Positions 1 to 7,547 of a stretch of DNA of 25,419 nt are shown piece by piece (the first letter of the stretch is position 1; each line of letters begins with the position of its first letter). The translations under genes were made by a program, and so were the position numbers. Source of the stretch: Acidimicrobiia bacterium (GTDB lineage: Bacteria; Actinomycetota; Acidimicrobiia; Spongiisociales; ZC4RG35); contig DATHUL010000041.1 in assembly GCA_035462285.1 (NCBI GenBank), positions 1 through 25,419 on the forward strand, written 5' to 3'. The notes below the pieces were generated by a model. It saw only the letters and a program-made list of their open reading frames with translations, had not been told where the DNA came from and ran no database searches.

Positions 1-96
1 GAAAGGTCCAACCAGCCCAATGTGCGGCAAATGCGTATCAGCGAGAGAGTGACCGCCGGGATCTTGCGCTCGGCGATCGCCGGGGTGCTCGGACAT

Positions 97-127
97 GAAT
101 CGGGCCCCCATGTCGGGGGCCCGATTC
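97..127. terminator. Perfect 13-bp hairpin downstream of the 147..683 gene
   Basis: gaatcgggccccc (97-109) and gggggcccgattc (115-127) are exact reverse complements with a 5-nt loop, about 20 nt past the stop at 147. No U-tract follows on the minus strand. Confidence 0.7.
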
Positions 128-146
128 GATCCGTAGAACGAGTCGA

Positions 147-683
147 TCAGAGAAGGACTGCCCTCTTGCGGATCTGTAGGAACACATACCCGGTCACGAT
201 CAGCGTCAGCCCGATCACCACCGCAAAGGCAGACAGTGCGTAGGCGACGATCCCGAGCCCGAGAGCCGTGGTCAAGGTGGTTGCGTTGAACCATGAGGCC
301 CTTGCCTCATTGGGAACCATCACCTCTTCCCCGTTCTCGTCGAGGACGGCTGCGCCGTTCTCATCCAGCTGTGGGATCTCACGAGGCATCTGTGCGTAAT
401 ACAGACCCCCGGTGTTGTCGAGCTGGTGGTGCGTGATGATGTCGGACTGTGCCCACATCGAGAAAGGACCTCTCACCGGTGTCTCCGGGATGGCGGCGTC
501 GTCGGGGGTGGTCACATCCTGGGCCACGGCCTGGTCCCAGGTGTACCACGCTCCGAAGATGCCTCCCGCAAACGAGCCGAACCCGACGACGAGCGCCATG
601 ATTCCGGCGGTGAGCAGAAGTACGGACTTGCGGACCGGGCTGATCTCTTCTTTGACCAACCTGTCACGGTCGATAGCAGTCAT
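147..683 (-). CDS. Uncharacterised membrane protein, 178 aa, resembling the actinobacterial family often auto-annotated as 'aromatic ring-opening dioxygenase LigA'
   Basis: One N-terminal and one or two C-terminal hydrophobic segments around a soluble loop with DDA..PVRGPFSMWAQSDIITHH and NATTLTTAL motifs. Strong SD AAGGAGG at 690-696 (minus). The family resemblance is from memory. Confidence 0.85.
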   Translation of the reverse strand: MTAIDRDRLVKEEISPVRKSVLLLTAGIMALVVGFGSFAGGIFGAWYTWDQAVAQDVTTPDDAAIPETPVRGPFSMWAQSDIITHHQLDNTGGLYYAQMPREIPQLDENGAAVLDENGEEVMVPNEARASWFNATTLTTALGLGIVAYALSAFAVVIGLTLIVTGYVFLQIRKRAVLL

Positions 684-755
684 TTGATGCCTCCTTCTTC
701 CTACGGGCCAACTGCCTTATGGTGGGAGCATCGGGGTTTGTGAAGGAATGCACGA

Positions 756-810
756 GGGTCATAGGCCCCCTACTGCGAGGGACCTATGACCCCGTTCGTC
801 CGGGACCTTT
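756..810. promoter_or_regulatory. Three phased GGGAC-N4-GNCCC-like boxes (DosR/DevR-like)
   Basis: GGGTCATAGGCCCC (756-769, reverse complement GGGGCCTATGACCC), GGGACCTATGACCC (779-792) and a half-site GGGACCTTT (802-810); starts are exactly 23 bp apart. Confidence 0.55.
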
Positions 811-1583
811 CAGACGCAAGCGCCCCCGTCTTCGCCGCGTCCGCAGAGAGCGGTCATCTCGACGGTCCGGAGAGTGAACCCCCCGCCGTCGCGTTGGCCG
901 AAGACGTGCAGTCGCAGACCTCTGACCGCGTCGTCCCCGAGTCCGATCACGTCATAGGTGACCTCGCCCAGATCTCTGACCTCGGGGGCCGAGGTGAGGA
1001 CGATGTCGGACTCCGGCTCTTCCGACGCCATGCTCTCGGCGACGATCAGTCCCAGTTCGAGCATCGTCGCCGCGCTCGGGGTCTCCCCGAGCGCCTCGAT
1101 GACCGAGGCCGTGACGTCTGTGGTCTCGCCCAGGAAAGCGATGTATCTGTAGTTCACCCATCCTGTGCTGCCCCGGTACTCGACCTCGATCCAGAAGGAG
1201 GTAGAGAGATCCCGGGTGTGCCCCAGGGCGATCAGCGAGTCGTACAAGGGCGGGATCCGCTCCAGGATCCGCTGGTCGGCGCCCGGGGCGGCTCTCAGGT
1301 TGAGCACGTCGTCGTGGGCGACCCCGATCACGGCCACCGTGTCCCCCGCCGCCGGACCGAAGTCGATCCTCTCGCCGGGGAGGGTCCCGGAGATGGTAGT
1401 GGTTGCTCTCCCCGCCCCGCTGGTCGACGTCGTGGTGGTGACGATGGTGGTGCTGGGTTGGGTGGCGCCCGGTGGCGTGGTGCTCGAAACCGGGGACGAG
1501 GTGGTGGTGGACGCCGCTTCACCTCCACAGGCGGCGAGTATCAGTGTCATCGAGGCGGCCCAGAAGGCATGTCGTGATCTCAT
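810..1583 (-). CDS. Lipoprotein with a bacterial SH3 domain and an uncharacterised C-terminal domain, 257 aa
   Basis: Lipobox LAAC after a basic/hydrophobic signal; Thr/Ser-rich linker; SH3b-like segment DVLNLRAAPG...WIEVEYRGSTGWVNYRYI; C-terminal LCGRG...ACV. Confidence 0.85.
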   Translation of the reverse strand: MRSRHAFWAASMTLILAACGGEAASTTTSSPVSSTTPPGATQPSTTIVTTTTSTSGAGRATTTISGTLPGERIDFGPAAGDTVAVIGVAHDDVLNLRAAPGADQRILERIPPLYDSLIALGHTRDLSTSFWIEVEYRGSTGWVNYRYIAFLGETTDVTASVIEALGETPSAATMLELGLIVAESMASEEPESDIVLTSAPEVRDLGEVTYDVIGLGDDAVRGLRLHVFGQRDGGGFTLRTVEMTALCGRGEDGGACV

Positions 1584-1635
1584 CAGGCTCCGATCGAATG
1601 GTGGGTTGTCAACGGTCCGGCCGGTCGAGACGGGT

Positions 1636-2445
1636 TCAAGTGCCGGTGAAGTCAGGCCTGCGCTTCTCCATGAACGCCGCCACCGCCTCCATGAGGTCGT
1701 TGGACATCAGGTACGAGGCATTCCACTGCGCCACGAAGTCGAGTGCCTGTTCCACGGTCCGGCCGTCGTTGGCGGCGAGCACCGTCTTGATCCCTCGAAC
1801 CACCAGCGGGGAGTTGCCGGCGATCTCGGTCGCGACCTCCTTGGCGGCCCCGATGGTGGAGTCCGGATCAGGATGGACCGCGTTGACCAGCCCGATCGCC
1901 ATGGCCCGAACCGCGTCGATGTCCCGCCCGGTCATCGCCAGCTCGGCCGTGTGCCCCGCCCCGACGATGCCGGGGAGCCGCTGTAACGTCCCGACGTCGG
2001 CGACCAGGCCCATCCGGGTCTCCCTTATCGAGAAGATCGCGTCCTCGGAGGCGAGCCGGATGTCACAGGCGGTGATCAGGTCCATACCGGCGCCGAGGCA
2101 ATAGCCGTGAACCACTGCGATCACCGGTTTGGGTGAGTCGGAGAGACAGGTGGCGGTCTCCTGCATCCGTCTGATCAGCCGGTACAGCCTCATGTTGGAC
2201 GACGCCGCCGATTCGCCTGCGGGCTGCATCGAGGCGAGTAGCTCGATGTCGATTCCCACCGTGAAAGCCGGACCTCGCCCCGCCAGGACCACCACCCTCA
2301 CCGAGTCGTCGGCGTCTAGCTCGGCCATGGCCGCCGGGATGTCCTCCCACATGTCCGAGGAGAGGGCGTTCCGCTTCTCGGGACGGTTCAGCCAGAGCGT
2401 GGCGATGTGACCCTGGCGCTCGATCTCGACGTGCTGGTATCCCAC
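1636..2445 (-). CDS. Crotonase/enoyl-CoA hydratase family protein, delta3,5-delta2,4-dienoyl-CoA isomerase-like, 269 aa
   Basis: LNRPEKRNAL, KPVIAVVHGYCLGAGMDL and RETRMGLVADVGTLQRLP. The E...ADVGTLQRL segment is typical of the ECH1/DCI subgroup. Confidence 0.92.
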   Translation of the reverse strand: MGYQHVEIERQGHIATLWLNRPEKRNALSSDMWEDIPAAMAELDADDSVRVVVLAGRGPAFTVGIDIELLASMQPAGESAASSNMRLYRLIRRMQETATCLSDSPKPVIAVVHGYCLGAGMDLITACDIRLASEDAIFSIRETRMGLVADVGTLQRLPGIVGAGHTAELAMTGRDIDAVRAMAIGLVNAVHPDPDSTIGAAKEVATEIAGNSPLVVRGIKTVLAANDGRTVEQALDFVAQWNASYLMSNDLMEAVAAFMEKRRPDFTGT

Positions 2446-2451
2446 GTGGTG

Positions 2452-2457
2452 AGCCTA
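2452..2457 (-). promoter_or_regulatory. -10 element of a leaderless promoter
   Basis: TAGGCT on the minus strand, 6 nt before the GTG at 2445, with no SD. Confidence 0.65.
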
Positions 2458-2513
2458 TCTCCCTGATCGGAGACCCCTCAGGGTCATCGGCGAACCTGCG
2501 TTCGTGACTCCCG

Positions 2514-3725
2514 TCAGGTGCCCGCCGAGCGCCAGGCGTCCCTCAACTTGACCCTGGTCCCGAAGCGGAGCAGACCGCCGGCGTAGATCCTCCCCGCCAC
2601 GAACACCAGCCCCACGATCGCCCCCAGGGTGAGGACGACAGCGAGGACATACTGCCAGGTCGGGATGGAGCCGAGGGCGGCCCGCACCGGCACCACGAAC
2701 GGGGCGGTCAGCGGGATGAGGGTGCCGATCACGGCGGCCGGCCCGTCGGGATCGGAGAGGGCGGTGATCGACACGAAGAACCCGGCGACCGCGATCATCG
2801 ACATGGGAAAGGCCACGTTCTGGGCATCCTCCATCCTGCTCACCAGGGACCCGGCGGCTCCGTACATGACCGCGAAGAGCAGGAAACCCAGGACGAACCA
2901 GACGATCAGATTGGCCACGGTGGCCACGTCGAGGCTGGGGAGCTCGACGACATTCGACACCTGGACCGCGACCACCGCGACCAGGATGGTGCCGGCGAAC
3001 TGCCCGATCCCGAGCAGCCCGATCCCGCTGATCTTCCCGGCGAGCAGCTGCCAGGGCTTGACACTGGAGAGGAGGACCTCGACCACCCGGTTCGATTTCT
3101 CTTCGGTCACGCCGGAGAGCATCCAGTTCCCGTAGAGCAAGACGGCCATGTAGAGCAGCAGTAGCCCTGCATAGGCCACGGCTCCCCGGGTCTCGTCCCC
3201 GGCCTCCGGCCCGGACAGGGTCGTGGTCTGCAACGGATCCGAGGTCATCACCTCGATCACATCGGCTGCGGCCTGTCCCGACTCGGTGACGATCGCCTCC
3301 AGTTCGACCGAGGCCGCCCCCCGCTGCAGCAAGCTGAGCACCGCCGATTCCCCGAACCCGCCCACGCTCTCGACTATCACCTCCTGCCCGTCGATGAGGA
3401 TGGCGTCGAGCTCACCCTCCTCCATGATCGCCTCGGCCGAGGCCCGGTCGTCGAACGGCCGCAGTTCGATCGCCACCGAGGGCTCGGCGTCGGGCTCGTC
3501 TGCGGCATTGCCGAGCAGTTCGGCCGATGCCACGATCGGCTCGTTGCCCTCGCCGACGCCTCCCACCGTGTACTCGGAGGTGCCGCCACCGATCAGACCG
3601 GGGACCACCACCAAACCCGCCACCAGGAGAAAGGTGAGAGCGGTCGTGATCAGAAAGGCCCTGGAACGACCGTGTTCCCGAATCTCACGCACTGCCACCC
3701 GCCACACCGTCTTCAGCGAGCTCAT
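2514..3725 (-). CDS. ABC-2 type exporter permease (NatB/YhaP-like), 403 aa
   Basis: VAVREIRE N-terminus, one TM, a large extracytoplasmic loop, the VTEEKSNRVVEVLLSSV motif, then several TMs. Overlaps the ATPase stop by 4 nt. Confidence 0.93.
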   Translation of the reverse strand: MSSLKTVWRVAVREIREHGRSRAFLITTALTFLLVAGLVVVPGLIGGGTSEYTVGGVGEGNEPIVASAELLGNAADEPDAEPSVAIELRPFDDRASAEAIMEEGELDAILIDGQEVIVESVGGFGESAVLSLLQRGAASVELEAIVTESGQAAADVIEVMTSDPLQTTTLSGPEAGDETRGAVAYAGLLLLYMAVLLYGNWMLSGVTEEKSNRVVEVLLSSVKPWQLLAGKISGIGLLGIGQFAGTILVAVVAVQVSNVVELPSLDVATVANLIVWFVLGFLLFAVMYGAAGSLVSRMEDAQNVAFPMSMIAVAGFFVSITALSDPDGPAAVIGTLIPLTAPFVVPVRAALGSIPTWQYVLAVVLTLGAIVGLVFVAGRIYAGGLLRFGTRVKLRDAWRSAGT

Positions 3726-4609
3726 CGCACCGCCTCCCGGAAGAGGTCGGACAGGGACGGCGTGGTGTAGGTGAAGTGACGCACCCGGCCCACCTCCTGG
3801 GCCCGGGCCAGAAAGCCGCGGATATCGGTGCCGGCGTCGATGATCAGGGTGTGGCTGTGATCCTCGGAGCGGACCTGACGAACATCGCCGAGGGTCTCGA
3901 ACAGATTCCCCACGTCGCCGTCGAGCTCGAGCTCGAGATGACGGATCGGGGCGGCATCCTTCAGCCTTCGAACGTCCCCCTCGACCACGATCCTCCCCGC
4001 GTTGATGATGGCCACCTCCTCGCAGATGTCCTCCACCAGGTCGAGCTGGTGGGAGGAGAACACCACCGCCTTGCCGCTCGCCGTCTGCTCCCGAAGGATC
4101 TCGGCCATGGTCTCGGTGGCGAGAGGATCGAGACCGCTGAACGGCTCGTCGAGAACGAGCAGGTCGGGATCGTGCACCAGCGCCGCCGCCAATTGGACCC
4201 GCTGCTGGTTGCCGTGGGAGAGCACCTCGACCCTATCCAGTCTTCGGTCGGCGAGGCCGAACCGCTCCAGCCACATGTCGGCCGCCGCCGCCGCCTCCTT
4301 CGCCTCCATCCCGCGCAGACGTCCCAGGTAGACCAGTTGGTCATGAGCCTTCATCTTGGGATAGAGACCGCGTTGTTCCGGCATGTAGCCGAACCGGCGC
4401 TTCTGATCGTTGGTGATCGGTTCGCCGTCCCAGGTGACCTGCCCCGAATCGGGGGTGACCAGCCCGAAGATGGTGCGCATGGCGGTGGTCTTGCCCGCAC
4501 CGTTTGGACCGAGGAAACCCAGCATCCGGCCCCGGCCCACCTGGAAGGTGCAGCCAGCGAGGGCGGCCACGTCCGCGTAGCGTTTGTGGAGGTCACTGAG
4601 GGCTAGCAC
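3722..4609 (-). CDS. ABC exporter ATP-binding protein (NatA/YhaQ-like), 295 aa
   Basis: Walker A GPNGAGKTT, signature LSHGNQQRV, Walker B LLVLDEP, H-loop SSH; GTG start. Confidence 0.95.
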   Translation of the reverse strand: MLALSDLHKRYADVAALAGCTFQVGRGRMLGFLGPNGAGKTTAMRTIFGLVTPDSGQVTWDGEPITNDQKRRFGYMPEQRGLYPKMKAHDQLVYLGRLRGMEAKEAAAAADMWLERFGLADRRLDRVEVLSHGNQQRVQLAAALVHDPDLLVLDEPFSGLDPLATETMAEILREQTASGKAVVFSSHQLDLVEDICEEVAIINAGRIVVEGDVRRLKDAAPIRHLELELDGDVGNLFETLGDVRQVRSEDHSHTLIIDAGTDIRGFLARAQEVGRVRHFTYTTPSLSDLFREAVR

Positions 4610-4640
4610 GAACCCGGGAGGATAGGTGCCCGGTCAGGGA

Positions 4641-4672
4641 GTGGCGACACGCCCCCCCGGTAGCATCGCCAC
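4641..4672. promoter_or_regulatory. Divergent promoter region with an inverted repeat overlapping a -10 element
   Basis: gtggcga (4641-4647) and tcgccac (4666-4672) are inverted. TAGCAT (4661-4666) lies 8 nt before ATG 4675. TATCCT on the minus strand lies 9 nt before GTG 4609. Confidence 0.5.
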
Positions 4673-4674
4673 GA

Positions 4675-7248
4675 ATGCGACTCCTGGAACGTGACGACGT
4701 CCTAGAGCACCTCGACCACCTCCTCTCGGCGGCAAGGCAGGGCAACGGGCGCGCGGTTCTGGTGCGGGGCGAGGCCGGGATCGGGAAGACGTCGGCGGTG
4801 CGCCTCTTCACCCGGTCTCATCTCGACGACGCCCACGTGCTCTGGGGCGGTTGCGACGATCTTCTCACCGCCCGTCCCCTCGGCCCGATCTGGGACATGG
4901 CGCTCGACGAGCCGACGCTGGGAGAGGCGCTGCGAGGCCAGGATCGGCACGAGGTCTTCGCCCTCCTCTTCGAGTTGGTGGCGAGGGTGTTGCGACCGAC
5001 GATCATGGTGATCGAGGACATCCATTGGGCCGATGAGGCGACGCTCGACCTGGTCAAGTACCTGGGGAGGCGAATCGACCGTACCCACGGGCTTCTGGTC
5101 CTCACCTATCGCGACGGCGAAGTGCCGGGTGACCGTCCTCTGCGTGTCGCCCTGGCAGATGTCGCTGCCTCGGTGCTGGATCGGATAACCCTGCCCCCAT
5201 TATCGGAGTCGGCCGTGTCCGAGATGGCGACGGCGGCAGGGGGTTCCTCAGACGGCTTGTGGGAGATCTCCGCAGGAAACCCGTTCTTCCTCACCGAGCT
5301 GCTCGCCTCGGACCGCGAGTCGGTCCCGGTCTCGATACGAGATGCGGTCATGGCCCGGGTCGCCCGACTCTCACCCGGGGCGCGCTCACTGGTCGATCTG
5401 GTGGCCGTGGTGCCGAGCCGGGCCGAGCTCGACCTGGTCTCGGCCGTCCTCGGGCCATCGGACCGGGCAGTCGCCGAGAGCGAGGCTGCCGGGGTGCTCC
5501 AGCTCGAGGAGGATGCCCTCTCCTTCCGACACGAGCTGGCCCGCCGCTCGGTCGAGTCCGATCTTCCCGAGATCAGGAGACGCGAGCTGAATCTCCTGGT
5601 GCTGCGGGCGGTCGAGAGTCTCGGCTACGACCTCGCCCGCGCGGCGCACCATGCCCGGATGGGGGGCCACGTCGACTCGCTCCTCCGACTCGCCCCGCTC
5701 GCCGCCCGCCGCGCCGCCGAGATGGAGAGTCACAGCGAGGCGGTCGCCCATCTTCGCACGCTCGAGCCCTATTTGGACCGGCTCGATGCCGAGATGTGCG
5801 CCGACCATTACGATCTGTGGGCCTACGAGGAGTATCTCGGCAACGAGAACACCCGGGCCGAGGAGATCATCGAGACCGGCATCTCGTTCCGGCGGAGGTT
5901 GGGCGATCCGGCCAAGCTGGGCAACTCTCTTCTCATTGCGAGCCGGATCGCCTGGGTGCGCAACCGCCGAGCCTCGGCCGTGGAACTGGCCAACGAGGCT
6001 GCCACCGTGCTCGAGGCGGTAGGCGGCCACGATCTCGCCTTCGCCTACTCGACCATCTCCCAACTGGCGATGCTGGCCAGTGATGAGGAGCGCACTCTGG
6101 AGTATGCCGACAAGGCGATGGCTACCGCGGGCGATGGGCCGAGTGAGGCACGAGCCCATGCCCTCAACAACATCGGTGCGGTCAAGATGGGCTCTCGATT
6201 CCCGGAGGGGATGGAGGAAGTGGAGCAGAGCTTCGCCATGTCGGCGCAGCTCGGGTTCTCTCATGAGCAGATGCGGGCCGCGGTCAACATCGGTTGGTCG
6301 GCCCTGTGCTTCCGGGAGTTGGACACCGCCGCGACCTGGGTGGCTCGTGCCCATGATCTGGCGATGGATCGCGAGATCGCCAGCTTCGAGGCCTACGCCG
6401 TGGTCGCCCGCGGTCTGATCTCTGAGATGCGGGGGGATTGGGCCGATGCCGAGGCCAACGCGGTGTATGTGTTGGAGAACTTGGAGCTGGCGACAGCGAG
6501 AATGGTGGCAAATTCGTTGCTGGGCCGGCTCCAGGCCCGGACCGGTCACCCGGAAGCGAAGAACCATCTCCTCGAGGGCTGGGAGCCTGCGCTTCAAACC
6601 GGTGAGATACAGCGGACCGCCCCGGCCGGGAGCAGCATGGCCGAGTTCGTCTGGATAGGCGGCGCCCTCGATCGGGACATCTTTCCCCGGCTCCGCGAGG
6701 TCCTGGCCGAGTCGTTGCAGCGCGATCCGACCTGGCGGGGGGGTGAGTTGGCCTTCTGGCTCCACATGATCGGCGAGATCGACCAGCCGCCACCCGGAGT
6801 GGCCGAGCCCTACCGTCTCGCCATGGAGGGGGAATGGGAGAAGGTGGCCTCGTTCTGGGCGGAGCGAGGCATGCCCTACGACCGGGCGGTTGCGCTCAGC
6901 CAGGGCAGCACCGAGGCCAAGCTGGAGGGGCTCACCATCTTCGACGAACTGGGCGCCGCGCCGCTCGCCTCGCGACTCCGCTCTGAGCTGGCCGCTGCCG
7001 GCGTGAGCGGGGTGCCGCGGGGGCCGACCCGGGCTACCAGGGAGAACCCATTCGGTCTCACCCCCCGGCAGATGGACGTGCTCGGGCACATGGCCGGGGG
7101 CATGACCAACGCCGAGATCGCAGACCGCCTCTTTGTCTCGAGCCGGACGGTGGATCATCACGTCTCGGCGATCCTGGGCAAGCTGGGCGCTTCCACTCGC
7201 GCCGAGGCCGTGGTCATCGGTCGTGATGCAGGTCTCTTCGATAGGTGA
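4675..7248 (+). CDS. Large ATP-binding LuxR-family regulator (AAA/STAND ATPase, TPR-like region, C-terminal LuxR HTH), 857 aa
   Basis: Walker A GEAGIGKT, IEDIHWADEATLDL, helical repeat-like middle region, C-terminal LTPRQMDVL...TNAEIADRLFVSSRTVDHHVSAILGKLG. Confidence 0.95.
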   Translation: MRLLERDDVLEHLDHLLSAARQGNGRAVLVRGEAGIGKTSAVRLFTRSHLDDAHVLWGGCDDLLTARPLGPIWDMALDEPTLGEALRGQDRHEVFALLFELVARVLRPTIMVIEDIHWADEATLDLVKYLGRRIDRTHGLLVLTYRDGEVPGDRPLRVALADVAASVLDRITLPPLSESAVSEMATAAGGSSDGLWEISAGNPFFLTELLASDRESVPVSIRDAVMARVARLSPGARSLVDLVAVVPSRAELDLVSAVLGPSDRAVAESEAAGVLQLEEDALSFRHELARRSVESDLPEIRRRELNLLVLRAVESLGYDLARAAHHARMGGHVDSLLRLAPLAARRAAEMESHSEAVAHLRTLEPYLDRLDAEMCADHYDLWAYEEYLGNENTRAEEIIETGISFRRRLGDPAKLGNSLLIASRIAWVRNRRASAVELANEAATVLEAVGGHDLAFAYSTISQLAMLASDEERTLEYADKAMATAGDGPSEARAHALNNIGAVKMGSRFPEGMEEVEQSFAMSAQLGFSHEQMRAAVNIGWSALCFRELDTAATWVARAHDLAMDREIASFEAYAVVARGLISEMRGDWADAEANAVYVLENLELATARMVANSLLGRLQARTGHPEAKNHLLEGWEPALQTGEIQRTAPAGSSMAEFVWIGGALDRDIFPRLREVLAESLQRDPTWRGGELAFWLHMIGEIDQPPPGVAEPYRLAMEGEWEKVASFWAERGMPYDRAVALSQGSTEAKLEGLTIFDELGAAPLASRLRSELAAAGVSGVPRGPTRATRENPFGLTPRQMDVLGHMAGGMTNAEIADRLFVSSRTVDHHVSAILGKLGASTRAEAVVIGRDAGLFDR

Positions 7249-7370
7249 TTCCCGCCCGATATAGGCAGGACCCCCGCTCCCATCTAGGCAGTCATCACCG
7301 ATTCGCCCTCGGGCTCTCTCCCATACCTTGGCCAATGTCACCGAAGAGCCAAGACGAAGGAGAGAACCTC

Positions 7371-7535
7371 ATGATGCACAGCCCCGAATACACCAATGCG
7401 ATCCTTGCCGAGCGGCAGCGTCATGTCCGGGACCTGAGAAAGGTCCACGAGGCCAGGCGGGCCAGGAGCGAGGCGAGGAGAGCCAACCCACGCCGCAGGC
7501 GGATCCTCCGTCTTCGCCACCCCGTCAGAGTCTGA
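7371..7535 (+). CDS. Small Arg-rich hypothetical protein, 54 aa
   Basis: SD GAAGGAG at 7356-7362, 8 nt before the ATG; mostly G/C third codon positions; fills the gap between the LuxR gene and the convergent HD gene; candidate -10 TACCTT at 7324-7329. Confidence 0.7.
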   Translation: MMHSPEYTNAILAERQRHVRDLRKVHEARRARSEARRANPRRRRILRLRHPVRV

Positions 7536-7547
7536 GTCGGCCAGCGC

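Noticed and set aside
1380-1520. gtggtg-type repeats here and at about 12300-12380
   Set aside because: They encode Thr-rich lipoprotein linkers; not CRISPR or a tandem repeat element.
1584-1612. Perfect TTGACA on the minus strand upstream of the lipoprotein
   Set aside because: No -10-like hexamer at 16-18 nt spacing.
5386-7341. 651-aa minus-strand ORF
   Set aside because: Fully antisense to the well-supported LuxR regulator, with no recognisable motifs; long shadow ORFs are expected at this GC content.
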